Notes under the pieces: model-generated | The model's input: the letters and a program-made list of their open reading frames with translations, nothing else | Databases searched by the model: none | What the model was told of the DNA's origin: nothing | Shown here: one piece after another, positions 9,378-18,228 of the stretch | Numbering within the stretch: the stretch's first letter is position 1 | Layout: each line of letters opens with the position of its first letter | IMG/VR virus record: IMGVR_UViG_3300009158_000057 | Span: 1-58,382 of that record | From: a virus | Taxonomy: Duplodnaviria; Caudoviricetes | Reading direction: 5' to 3' (one strand) | Length of the DNA: 58,382 bases | Program-made: the position numbers and the translations under genes

Positions 9378-10107
9378 GCGAAAGTTGTTGTACCCGCTGT
9401 TGTTCTAGATATTTGTTTAGGCGATCAAAGTACCCACGATTGCGAATGTCTTTGAAGATTAAGTTTTCATTAGAGAATTCTCCAGCTCGGTGAATACCCG
9501 CTGATCTCATGATGCGAAACTTTTCTTTTAGACTTTTAATTTCTTGAGTATGATCGCCAGGTTCGGTTAAAATCTTTTCAATTGTTTTAATGTATTCTTC
9601 GATCTTAAGTTTTAGAGCCGAGTCATTATGAAAATCAGGATGGTTCTCAATATTTGGTTTATAGATCCATTTGTTTTTCTTAAGAGAGAAAACGCCTTGA
9701 TGTGAGGCAACTTGTTCTCTATAGTCTTGAGCATATAGCTCTACAGGATAACCCATGACAGTTAGGCCGGGGTGCTTGTATGCCCATAGTGCTTTCTTGT
9801 CTAGAAAGTAATCTACAAGAAACTCTTTGTCAACTGGAATCGCACTAATGTCAACTAGAATGTGAACGTCTAGATCAGAGTATGGCGTATAGTTGTAGTT
9901 GGCATTACCTCCAGTGAGTGTAATGTCTCGTACTGCACTTTCTGGAATACGAGAGAACTCTGCCCACATTTTGCCAATTTGTAAAAGCCTGTCTAGAACT
10001 TTTGGCTTCATCGTAGCGTTTTCTTCCCAGATAGTGGGATTCAACTCATCATGATACTCTAATGTGAGTTGGATGTCTTCATTAAGATATCTGTTAAATT
10101 TACGCAT
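9370..10107 (-). CDS. Pol-beta-superfamily nucleotidyltransferase, probably a head-packaged internal protein
   Basis: LTGGNANYNY...SDLDVHIL...VELY (hG[GS]x9-13DhD plus third acid); N-terminus MRKFNRYLNE; late promoter upstream. Confidence 0.7.
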   Translation of the reverse strand: MRKFNRYLNEDIQLTLEYHDELNPTIWEENATMKPKVLDRLLQIGKMWAEFSRIPESAVRDITLTGGNANYNYTPYSDLDVHILVDISAIPVDKEFLVDYFLDKKALWAYKHPGLTVMGYPVELYAQDYREQVASHQGVFSLKKNKWIYKPNIENHPDFHNDSALKLKIEEYIKTIEKILTEPGDHTQEIKSLKEKFRIMRSAGIHRAGEFSNENLIFKDIRNRGYFDRLNKYLEQQRVQQLSLY

Positions 10108-10132
10108 AGTTTGCCTTTTCTGTCTCTACGAG

Positions 10133-10144
10133 TATTTATAAATA
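10133..10144. promoter_or_regulatory. Palindromic, bidirectional T4 late promoter
   Basis: TATTTATAAATA reads TATAAATA on both strands between divergent genes. Confidence 0.8.
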
Positions 10145-10179
10145 TGCGAGTAAGGCATTCCAACAAAGGAGAAGTGTAT

Positions 10180-10791
10180 ATGTCACTAATTGATCTACAA
10201 AAGAAGATTGGCGTAACAGCAGACGGCGCTTGGGGTCCAGGCACATTCAAGGCTGCCGTAGCGTTCTATAAGTTACCAAAGAATCGCGCTGCTCACTTCT
10301 TTGCCCAGACTGCCCACGAATCAGGCAACTTTAAGGCATTCTCTGAGAACCTAAACTATTCTGCTGATGGTCTAACAAAGATTTTTCACAAGTATTTCCC
10401 AGACCTAGATCACGCTACGCCCTACGCTCGTCAACCAGAGAAGATTGCTAACAAGGTATATGGTGGTCGTATGGGCAACGGCGATGAACATTCTGGCGAT
10501 GGTTACAAGTATCGTGGTCGTGGCGCACTACAACTAACTGGCAAAGATAACTATAAGGCATTCTCTGACTACTGTAAGCGTCCAGACATTATGACCAACC
10601 CAGACCTAATCTCAGGTGAACTTGCATTTGAGTCAGCAATGTGGTTCTTCGAAAAGAATCATATCTGGGAACTCTGCGACAAGGGTACAGACGATGCTAC
10701 AATTACTGCTGTTACAAAGAAAGTAAACGGCGGTACAATTGGTCTAGAAGACCGCATCAAGCATACACATCAGTACGCTGGTTGGCTCTAA
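10180..10791 (+). CDS. Endolysin, glycoside hydrolase family 19 with short N-terminal peptidoglycan-binding motif
   Basis: LQKKIGVTADGAWGPGT; AHFFAQTAHESG, ENLNYS, YRGRGALQLTGKDNY, VNGGTIGLEDR; AAGGAG SD before ATG 10180. Confidence 0.9.
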   Translation: MSLIDLQKKIGVTADGAWGPGTFKAAVAFYKLPKNRAAHFFAQTAHESGNFKAFSENLNYSADGLTKIFHKYFPDLDHATPYARQPEKIANKVYGGRMGNGDEHSGDGYKYRGRGALQLTGKDNYKAFSDYCKRPDIMTNPDLISGELAFESAMWFFEKNHIWELCDKGTDDATITAVTKKVNGGTIGLEDRIKHTHQYAGWL

Positions 10792-10797
10792 AGAATC

Positions 10798-10823
10798 GGG
10801 GGGAGTTTTAGCTCCCCCCTTTT
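10798..10823 (+). terminator. Rho-independent terminator between convergent lysin and hsp20
   Basis: GGGGGGAG-loop-CTCCCCCC-TTTT. Confidence 0.8.
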
Positions 10824-10827
10824 CATA

Positions 10828-11310
10828 TCACTTCTTCTTGCTATCAGCAGTCTTATCTGCTTCATCATTAATATCAATCTTCTTCGGCTTTTTATGCTCT
10901 GGGATAATGGCTTCGAGCCAAATCTTGAGCATACCGTTTAGAAGTTGTGCATTACGAACTTCAACAGAGTCAGCAAGTGTGAACTGACGAGTAAAAGCAC
11001 GATCAGAAATACCTTTATAGAGATAAGTCTGTTCTAAGCCATCCTTCGTTAGATCATCCATTGTTTCCATCTTTCCCTTGACAATCAGCTTGTCGTCTTC
11101 CATTTCAAGAGTAACGTCTTGCTTAGTGAAACCAGCAACAGCCATCTCAATGACATACTTGTTGTCATCGACTTTCTTGATATTATATGGAGGGTAATTT
11201 GATGCTACTTTAGTAGCATTATTAGCTAGTGTTTCTAGCTGCTTGAGAATTTGATCTCCGCCGATGAAAAGACGGTCGAATCCAGGGAACGTGTCATATA
11301 GTGTACGCAT
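10828..11310 (-). CDS. hsp20: Small heat-shock protein Hsp20 (IbpA-like)
   Basis: NYPPYNI, IEMAVAGF, YLYKGISDRAFTRQFTLAD, NGMLKI, IPEHKKPKKIDI. Confidence 0.95.
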   Translation of the reverse strand: MRTLYDTFPGFDRLFIGGDQILKQLETLANNATKVASNYPPYNIKKVDDNKYVIEMAVAGFTKQDVTLEMEDDKLIVKGKMETMDDLTKDGLEQTYLYKGISDRAFTRQFTLADSVEVRNAQLLNGMLKIWLEAIIPEHKKPKKIDINDEADKTADSKKK

Positions 11311-11376
11311 AAGTTTCTCCTTATTAAGCGAGGTTATTGTTAAGTGCCTCTACCCGTAAGGCATAGAGACGGCATC
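11311..11376 (-). promoter_or_regulatory. ROSE-like RNA thermometer in the hsp20 5' UTR
   Basis: CUCGCU-UAAUA-AGGAG pairs over the SD with a bulged G; preceded by a second hairpin (UGCC..CUCUA...UAGAGGCA). Confidence 0.65.
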
Positions 11377-11405
11377 AATATATATGTTGGCTAGTCAATT
11401 GTCAA
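11377..11405 (-). promoter_or_regulatory. Sigma70-type promoter for hsp20
   Basis: TTGACA-17 nt-TATATT. Confidence 0.7.
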
Positions 11406-11645
11406 GTACTTTCTTGAAGTTTTTTTCCAGAACGATCCATTACCGTAATTACCGATATAACTCTGACCTGTTTCTAGGTCAGTCAAAAGCCATTTGCCTG
11501 GACATTTTGTATAGACTTCTAAAGTCTTAGCTTTTTCTAAATCTAGAACAACTCTTCCGTTCTTGAGAGTCCTAGTCTTTATTTCTTTTTCACTCTTGTC
11601 CATGTGCTTCCCAGTATAATTTTTGTAATGAAACGTCTTTTCCAA
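11391..11645 (-). CDS. Conserved phage hypothetical protein (true start may be 11603)
   Basis: TKCPGKWLLTDLETGQSYIG motif. Confidence 0.65.
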   Translation of the reverse strand: MEKTFHYKNYTGKHMDKSEKEIKTRTLKNGRVVLDLEKAKTLEVYTKCPGKWLLTDLETGQSYIGNYGNGSFWKKTSRKYLTID

Positions 11646-11761
11646 GACACTTCTCTAGGAACTTTAACAGTCATCAATTTATCTCCAACGACATCCCATT
11701 CCCAAACTGTAGGGTCTGGGCGCATGTGTACATATCCTTGATGAGCCCATTGCTCTGCCAT
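11579..11761 (-). CDS. Hypothetical protein (60 aa)
   Basis: ORF track; ATG abuts upstream stop. Confidence 0.55.
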   Translation of the reverse strand: MAEQWAHQGYVHMRPDPTVWEWDVVGDKLMTVKVPREVSWKRRFITKIILGSTWTRVKKK

Positions 11762-12411
11762 CAGATTACCTTGTAAACGTCATCAGACCTATCTGAGCCG
11801 ATGCCAAAACTTCCTACGTGTTCGTAAGGAGCCAACGACTTCAAGAAGTTTAGAATTTCTTCGCTGCCGTTTTCTACGCTGATAACTGGCTTGAACTTAC
11901 GAATAGTTTCTGCTGCACCATGTAGGGCATTTAATTCGTAGTTTTCGATATCAAGCTGAATAAAATCACAGGCATCAAGAAACAAAGAATCAATCGTAGT
12001 AAGTACAATCCTATAATCACCATCGGTACGAATTCTTGCCTCGCCTAGATTGTTTAGACCTTGTGTCTTGATCATTGCCACGCCAGGCTCTGAGCCTAGA
12101 CCCATATTGAACTTCGAGATATTGTTCGACTGGCAGTTATTTACTAGACAGTGAAAGCTAATAGGATTAGGCTCAAACGTGTAGACATGCTTGAACGTCT
12201 CAGACAAGAGGCGAGGATACATTCCACACGCACCACCAGCTTGTACGCATACGTTATAGCTCTTAACGTGCTTGCCCCACAGAGACTTAAGATGCTGCCA
12301 CTCGTAAGCAATGATGTTCCAGAGACCGTTATCTTCAATGACCCATTTCCATGGGCCAATCTCATCCATCTTAGTGTCAACAATTCTACACTTCTTGTCA
12401 TAATCAAGCAT
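11761..12411 (-). CDS. FkbM-family SAM-dependent methyltransferase
   Basis: VQAGGACG, YTFEPNP, TIDSL...DFIQLDIENYELNALHGA..TI..KPVISVE. Confidence 0.85.
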   Translation of the reverse strand: MLDYDKKCRIVDTKMDEIGPWKWVIEDNGLWNIIAYEWQHLKSLWGKHVKSYNVCVQAGGACGMYPRLLSETFKHVYTFEPNPISFHCLVNNCQSNNISKFNMGLGSEPGVAMIKTQGLNNLGEARIRTDGDYRIVLTTIDSLFLDACDFIQLDIENYELNALHGAAETIRKFKPVISVENGSEEILNFLKSLAPYEHVGSFGIGSDRSDDVYKVI

Positions 12412-12428
12412 AATTTATTACCTATAAT

Positions 12429-12827
12429 TTAAGATTTCTTGCCTATCGAATATTTGCTTACTAGTGCCCACTCGCCTTTCTCTTTGTAAGAGATTACTTT
12501 AATCTGATTGAGTGGTGTCAAAGGCTCTTTAGCCTTTTCTTTATCAACTAGTTCGGTTAGGCCCCATTCGACTAGAAGATTTACAATTGTATTCCTGCGA
12601 CCCTCATCAATGTCAGAGAAGTCGGTAGGCTTGCCATCAAGAGCAAATAGCTCCTTGAAGTGTACAATGTAGTACTTACCTTGCTTGTGAAGAATATGAC
12701 ATGACTGATATAAAGTCTTGTCTTTACGTGAGGCAATGCCTATACGGGTCAATGTCTCCTTGATCTTGAGGAAGTCATCTGGCTCTTTGAGCTTGACCTC
12801 CACTAATGAATCCACTGTTAGTCTCAT
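12429..12827 (-). CDS. regA: Translational repressor RegA
   Basis: DDFLKIKETLTRIGIAS, LYQSCHILHKQGKYYIVHFKELFALDG. Confidence 0.97.
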   Translation of the reverse strand: MRLTVDSLVEVKLKEPDDFLKIKETLTRIGIASRKDKTLYQSCHILHKQGKYYIVHFKELFALDGKPTDFSDIDEGRRNTIVNLLVEWGLTELVDKEKAKEPLTPLNQIKVISYKEKGEWALVSKYSIGKKS

Positions 12828-13219
12828 TTTTTCAATCCACCTTTTTCTTGTTTTTGTTTTAATGAATTAATTTGAGCCTTAGATAACAAAGATAATGCTA
12901 TTTCTGCCTTCTTTTGTGAGTAGCCGTACGTTTCCTTAACAATATCAATGTCATCATTTTGAGCTTTTTTGGCCCATTTAGAGAATCTCTTCTTGGGTCT
13001 GATTATATTTATCAAATAATCATATTGAAGTTTCTTGTCAAGCAGGTGAAATTGGTTCATTTCGTTAGCATGTAGTATTGTATCGACAAAATATGACAAG
13101 CCCTTGTTCACCACCCAAGGAGCGTATTCTTTCTCCATAAGCTCCGGAGACTCGGACTCGTCAATTAAGTTCTTCTTAGAGTAAGTGATACTGTTAATAA
13201 AGTCGAATGGATTTGCCAT
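12824..13219 (-). CDS. 62: Clamp loader small subunit gp62
   Basis: PFDFINSI, VNKGLSYFVDTILHANEMN, KKRFSKWAK; position upstream of regA. Confidence 0.92.
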   Translation of the reverse strand: MANPFDFINSITYSKKNLIDESESPELMEKEYAPWVVNKGLSYFVDTILHANEMNQFHLLDKKLQYDYLINIIRPKKRFSKWAKKAQNDDIDIVKETYGYSQKKAEIALSLLSKAQINSLKQKQEKGGLKK

Positions 13220-13223
13220 TTCT

Positions 13224-13682
13224 TTAGTATCCAGAAACAGTATATTTTTTTAATTCAAAAATCTCTTCGTCAGATAGCTTCGCAATAGGCTTGAGTGCTT
13301 CTTGCTCTCTATCAATAAGAAGCATCTCTCGACCATCTCTCGTCTTGCGTTGACGCACTTTGAACTCTTGAGGTTTAGCTTCGAACACCCAGCCCGCCCA
13401 CTTGTCATCGTGATTTGGTGGTGGCACGGAGATGAAGTACAGCACATCTACATTGCGGCACTTCGTAAGTTGACTGCTCTTAAACGTAAATGCGTTTTCT
13501 AGAACGAAAGGCACTTGCGTCTTGACTTCTGCTTTTAGCTTACCGTCGATCATAAGGTCTTTAGTTCTATCATATTTGTCAATAGAACTCTCTACAATAT
13601 GACCCTTCTTGCTTAGGCGATTGATGATGATCTTTTCACCTAGCATACCTAGTTCTTGTATTTTGTCGTTAGTGTTCATCAC
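13224..13682 (-). CDS. PD-(D/E)xK nuclease-like protein inserted between 44 and 62
   Basis: GxxGE...KDL...EVKT motif spacing. Confidence 0.55.
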   Translation of the reverse strand: MMNTNDKIQELGMLGEKIIINRLSKKGHIVESSIDKYDRTKDLMIDGKLKAEVKTQVPFVLENAFTFKSSQLTKCRNVDVLYFISVPPPNHDDKWAGWVFEAKPQEFKVRQRKTRDGREMLLIDREQEALKPIAKLSDEEIFELKKYTVSGY

Positions 13683-14614
13683 TTGAACTCACATTCTAGC
13701 ATGATCTCAGAGAGACACGCCATGATGTTTACTTCTTGATCAGCAACAAACGCAGCCTTATGCTGATAGTTTGCCAACGTAATCACAAGAGCAGGAATGT
13801 ACTCCATCTTGATGAAGTCATAACAGTTATCATAAAAATAACGAAACAGCGTTGTCGTATCAGTATCAGAATTCTCTGCTACCCACTTACGCATGTTTGT
13901 ATAGTTCTTGTCTTTGATAAAGCCGACAAGACTCTTGTATGAATCTTCTGTTAGATTTGTAAAGATATCAGCATCAATCTTACCAGTAACAGAATATCGC
14001 TGAAGCTCATTTAGAACTCGGCGCCAATCTGGGAAGTATCGTGTGATTAGTTCTGCAACAACATTCTTATCATATTCAATATTTTCTGCCTTGAGAATGT
14101 TGAACACTCGCTTCATGAACTGAGAAGCAAGATTAGCCTTGTCTTTCTTTGCGATCTTGAACTCAATTACAGAGCATCGTGAATGAAGCGGCGCAATGAT
14201 CTTGTTCTTGAAGTTGCAAGTAAAAATAAACCCACAGTTGTGACTGAACTCTTCCATGAAGTTACGCAAGGAAGGCTGAGTACTCTGCGGGTTTAGATAA
14301 TCTGCTTCGTCTAGAATGACGTACTTGCGACCACCCTTAAAGGAAACGCTCGACGCAAACTGTGAGATTTCTCCACGCAGCGTGTCGATGTTGCCATTAA
14401 GAGAGCCGTTGATAACGATGTAGTCACAACCAATCTGTTCTAGCATAGCACGTGCTACAGTAGTCTTGCCTACACCGGGGCCACCAGTGAGCAACAAATT
14501 GGGAATATTATTCTGATCTACAAACTGTTGAAAAACAGTTTTTAGTTCATCAGGTAAAATACAATCTTCAATCTTCTTTGGTCGATACTTCTCGACAAAC
14601 AGGAACTCTTCCAT
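13679..14614 (-). CDS. 44: Clamp loader large subunit gp44
   Basis: VEKYRP, GGPGVGKTT, ILDEADYL, PLHSRC. Confidence 0.97.
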   Translation of the reverse strand: MEEFLFVEKYRPKKIEDCILPDELKTVFQQFVDQNNIPNLLLTGGPGVGKTTVARAMLEQIGCDYIVINGSLNGNIDTLRGEISQFASSVSFKGGRKYVILDEADYLNPQSTQPSLRNFMEEFSHNCGFIFTCNFKNKIIAPLHSRCSVIEFKIAKKDKANLASQFMKRVFNILKAENIEYDKNVVAELITRYFPDWRRVLNELQRYSVTGKIDADIFTNLTEDSYKSLVGFIKDKNYTNMRKWVAENSDTDTTTLFRYFYDNCYDFIKMEYIPALVITLANYQHKAAFVADQEVNIMACLSEIMLECEFK

Positions 14615-14750
14615 AATCTACTCCCACTTTATTCATAATATAATTGTCATCAATAATCAGCACACGTGTAGAAGGTTCTGCGCCAAAGTCACGCTCATAG
14701 ACAGTTTTGCCTTTATCTGGGCTTTCGTAGATTTTTGGCTTGTTGTCCAT
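14568..14750 (-). CDS. Small conserved phage protein
   Basis: IYESPDKGKTVYERDFG motif; AAGGA SD; 3' end overlaps the gene 44 start. Confidence 0.6.
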   Translation of the reverse strand: MDNKPKIYESPDKGKTVYERDFGAEPSTRVLIIDDNYIMNKVGVDYGRVPVCREVSTKED

Positions 14751-14763
14751 GAGCGCGTCTTCC

Positions 14764-15420
14764 TTATGCAAAGCTAGATGCAGTTTCCATTGCGATCCAA
14801 TAAGTCAGACCAGCAGCATCAAACTTAGCAATACGCTTGCTAGTTAGCTCAACAGTGTAATCATTCTGCATCATCTTGAGATTTTCGCTCTTGAAGATAA
14901 CATTGAACGTCTTATCAGTTGAACCGATTACGATGCTGAAACCGTCTACTGTTGGATTCTTCGTATTCGCAGCACTTAGAGTGATAGTATTGCCGTTACC
15001 AGAGACAATGATCTCAGGCAACTGTAGTACTGCACCGCCGCGCTGTACCTTACTTAGATCATCAGCCTTAAGCGTGAATGTTACTTCAGCAGCAGGCAAA
15101 GCAAACTCTGAAGTGGGAGCAGTCACGATGCTTGCTGGATCAGCATAGACATACTTCAGAGTGCTTTGATCAGACGAGATAGAAACAGAGTTGTCGCCAA
15201 ACGTTACTTCTGGCTTATCAAAGAGCGATAGCGCAGAAAGAAAACGCGATAGGTCATAGATTGCACATTCCTTATCGAATGTGTTATCTACCTCTGCTTT
15301 CGCCAGGACAGTCTTGTGTGCAGAAATACTACGCACAGTATTGCCTGGACGAAATAGAATACCAGGGTTAATTGAAGAAAAGTTCTTTAGTACGTTCAGT
15401 GTAGTTTCGCTTAGAATCAT
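14764..15420 (-). CDS. 45: Sliding clamp gp45
   Basis: LSETTLNVLKNFSSINP, IYDLSRFL, YWIAME. Confidence 0.95.
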   Translation of the reverse strand: MILSETTLNVLKNFSSINPGILFRPGNTVRSISAHKTVLAKAEVDNTFDKECAIYDLSRFLSALSLFDKPEVTFGDNSVSISSDQSTLKYVYADPASIVTAPTSEFALPAAEVTFTLKADDLSKVQRGGAVLQLPEIIVSGNGNTITLSAANTKNPTVDGFSIVIGSTDKTFNVIFKSENLKMMQNDYTVELTSKRIAKFDAAGLTYWIAMETASSFA

Positions 15421-15453
15421 TTTGCAGTCTCCTATAATATATAAAAATTAAAC

Positions 15454-16416
15454 TTACTTCTTGCTACCAAGTTTGGCTGGATCTGCTGTAGCAGCAACAC
15501 CGACTGATGCTAGATCAGCAAGAGTGCCACCGAACACGTATGTACCGACGTGCTGTAGACCCATCCATGGACACAACCAAATCTTTAGACCGATGTTACG
15601 TGCCCATTGACAGAACATGTAATCTTCAGATAGGTAACGCTTGGAATATTTGTTTCCATCTACATCATAGTCTACATCGTCGATAAAGTCAACAACTTCT
15701 TTTTGGGTAGCATTTGGGTTCTTTTCATAGAACTTTCGAATCTGCTTCTTGATGTAAGAGTGCTTGTTATCAATAAGAGCATCAAAGTACGTCATGATCT
15801 CACGCGAGCCGTCAAATGCTGCTGTACGTACATGATCTGGTCGATACATCAACTCAGGATATGCAGCAGCAAACTTCTCTAATGTTGACTTACGGAACAT
15901 CATAAAGCCTGTGCCTGATTCCATTACCTCTGCTGGTTCCATAAGAGACATTTGACCTGTACCATTTACCACGTTGAACACGTAGTCGCCGACAAACTTC
16001 TCTAGAACGTTAGGATCTTGATCGGCAGCACCCTTATCTACAGCAGTCTTGATCTTTTCCCATGAGATACACTTCTTGGGATATGGACCACAAATAACAT
16101 CATATTCACTTTCATCTGACTGTAGAGCAAGCATTGTGATAACGTCATTAGCATTGAAACCAATGTCACTGTCAATGAAGATCATATGCGTACAATCTGA
16201 ACGCATAAACTCATCACAGCAATAGTTTCTTGCGCGTGTGATTAATGACTCATTGAATAGGTAATAAAAACGAACTTCAATGCCATATCTTACTGCAAGG
16301 GCAGAAAGATCATTACATGACTTTGTAAACATACCCGCACACATACCACCATACATGGGTGTTGCTACGAATAGTTTTCGCTTTTGCAATTCTTCTACGG
16401 GAATTTTAATTTCCAT
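15454..16416 (-). CDS. GT-A fold glycosyltransferase-like protein
   Basis: FVATPMYGG, ESLITRARN, FIDSDIGF (DxD), GTGFMM, LSEDYMFC. Confidence 0.8.
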   Translation of the reverse strand: MEIKIPVEELQKRKLFVATPMYGGMCAGMFTKSCNDLSALAVRYGIEVRFYYLFNESLITRARNYCCDEFMRSDCTHMIFIDSDIGFNANDVITMLALQSDESEYDVICGPYPKKCISWEKIKTAVDKGAADQDPNVLEKFVGDYVFNVVNGTGQMSLMEPAEVMESGTGFMMFRKSTLEKFAAAYPELMYRPDHVRTAAFDGSREIMTYFDALIDNKHSYIKKQIRKFYEKNPNATQKEVVDFIDDVDYDVDGNKYSKRYLSEDYMFCQWARNIGLKIWLCPWMGLQHVGTYVFGGTLADLASVGVAATADPAKLGSKK

Positions 16417-16430
16417 TTTATATCCTCAAC

Positions 16431-17060
16431 TCAGTTATTTTTAACATTTAAAAAAACAGCATTACAATATCTTCCATTACCTAGTCCACAGTCTGACTTA
16501 ATTTCTGTAACTTCGTGTTTTGTATTACCAGATATCAGTATGATTCTATTGTTATTTATAGCAATCTTATGGCGTCTTTCTCCATTGAAAGAATGAAGTA
16601 TTACTTCTCCACCTTCAAATTCTTTAGGCTCTACATTAAAGTAATTGAGTATAGTGAATACTGTAGCATCACAATGTACTTTATAAAAGTCTGAATTTTC
16701 ATAATAAGAAAGAAGATGTGTTCTCATGTCACAAGCATAGAATATTTTATATAACGGATTCAAGCTTATTAGTTTAGCTTTTATTTCTGGTTTTTCAAAA
16801 TTCTCAAAACAATGCTTCATTAATGCAGAGTGCTGCCAGTTAACAAATACCTGTTCTAAGAAGATACCTTTTTTAGAGGCACCATAATCGCCTGTTGTAA
16901 TTGAAGTCGATGCACCTAAATTATCTAAGTCTGATTTAAGAATATTGGGTTTTGTCAGCCATTTTAACTCAGTCATTATCTGAGCCATTTGATCATAGGA
17001 ATAAAGACCATCAATTACAACGGCATCTACTCCATCTTGAATGTGTTCAAACTTTACCAT
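16431..17060 (-). CDS. 2OG-Fe(II) oxygenase (prolyl-4-hydroxylase-like)
   Basis: HxD (VHCDA), FEGGE, distal His (KHEVT), 2OG-binding Arg (GRYC). Confidence 0.85.
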   Translation of the reverse strand: MVKFEHIQDGVDAVVIDGLYSYDQMAQIMTELKWLTKPNILKSDLDNLGASTSITTGDYGASKKGIFLEQVFVNWQHSALMKHCFENFEKPEIKAKLISLNPLYKIFYACDMRTHLLSYYENSDFYKVHCDATVFTILNYFNVEPKEFEGGEVILHSFNGERRHKIAINNNRIILISGNTKHEVTEIKSDCGLGNGRYCNAVFLNVKNN

Positions 17061-17346
17061 TATTTTCTAGTTCATGTACATGCAATTGTATAATAGCATA
17101 ATGAATTACTTTTAGCAAGTCACTTCGCCAATCTTTTGGCGAACCTTTACGACCATAACGTTGTGCATACTTGAGAACATTACCGATGCAGAAGCCAGTA
17201 CCGTGGCCACCATCAATGATGAACTCTGTTGCTTGATACTTGTTCTGAGAATAATGCTGACCATACGTTGCGTCAATGTATGAAGCAATCTCTGCTAGAG
17301 ATTTATCTTCATTGTATTTGTATTGTGTTGTCACAGTTTTAACCAT
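17047..17346 (-). CDS. DUF3310-like (T7 gp1.7-related) protein
   Basis: HY...GFCIGNVLKYAQRYGRKG...DLLKVIHY. Confidence 0.7.
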   Translation of the reverse strand: MVKTVTTQYKYNEDKSLAEIASYIDATYGQHYSQNKYQATEFIIDGGHGTGFCIGNVLKYAQRYGRKGSPKDWRSDLLKVIHYAIIQLHVHELENNGKV

Positions 17347-17370
17347 AATATACTTTTCCTCTGTATAATG

Positions 17371-17378
17371 TATTTATA
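17371..17378 (-). promoter_or_regulatory. T4 late promoter consensus
   Basis: TATAAATA on the minus strand, overlapping the stop of 17374..18228, 24 nt upstream of the ATG at 17346. Confidence 0.55.
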
Positions 17379-18228
17379 GATATTCTAAGAATGGATTGTC
17401 GTTATCTACTCTTTTTTTAAATGCTTTACTCCATAGAATTTTTGATTTACCAAAATCTCTAAACCCACCAGAAGTTCTTTTGCCGTCTTCGTCATACAGA
17501 ATAGTAAAGATTCCTGGGAACATTGATTCTAAAATCTTATGATCACGTAATGTATTTTCATATGTTTGTTCGTCCCAGATAGCAGACTTCATATCTTTCT
17601 TATGTGCGCTGTTATTGAAAACAATAAATTCTTGACTGACACGATTTCCATATCCTCTATTCAAAAGGCTTAAAAGAAATAGTACGTCCTCTGCTACTTT
17701 AATTTTTGTAAGTTCTAATTCAGGCAAAACATCTTTAAAGTGTTTACCATTAATCCACAAAGCACTACTCAAAGAAGAATTTTCAGAGTACGGCTTATCT
17801 TGTGGTGGATTCTCACTAAGACCACAACCACAAACTGTTACTTCTTTATCGTCTAGCCAGTTGTCATATAGATCAAACATCTGAAGTACATCATCTTGTG
17901 TAGCTTTACGCTTGGACATTTCCATGTTAGATATACGAGTCCAGTATTTGGCATTTCTTCTACCAAATTCAACATCGTCATCTAAAACCGCATATTTAAT
18001 ATCTTGTCCAGCTTCGTAAATAATTTTACGTGTTTTCGAAATACAATAATAGTCATTAAGATTTACTTCTTCTGGTAAGACAAGATAATCACAATCGTAG
18101 TTGTACTTGTCTTTTTCCCAAGACTGTACAACCATTGTGACACGTTTCTTTAATTCATCTGGAAGATGGTTGAACGTAATTTGATTATCTACGCGATTAA
18201 CAGTAGGTATAAAAATACGTTCAATCAT
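17374..18228 (-). CDS. GREB1/TET-associated-like glycosyltransferase (TAGT), copy 2
   Basis: IFIPTVNR, TRKII, YAVLDDDV, AEDVLFLLSLLNRGY. Confidence 0.7.
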   Translation of the reverse strand: MIERIFIPTVNRVDNQITFNHLPDELKKRVTMVVQSWEKDKYNYDCDYLVLPEEVNLNDYYCISKTRKIIYEAGQDIKYAVLDDDVEFGRRNAKYWTRISNMEMSKRKATQDDVLQMFDLYDNWLDDKEVTVCGCGLSENPPQDKPYSENSSLSSALWINGKHFKDVLPELELTKIKVAEDVLFLLSLLNRGYGNRVSQEFIVFNNSAHKKDMKSAIWDEQTYENTLRDHKILESMFPGIFTILYDEDGKRTSGGFRDFGKSKILWSKAFKKRVDNDNPFLEYL

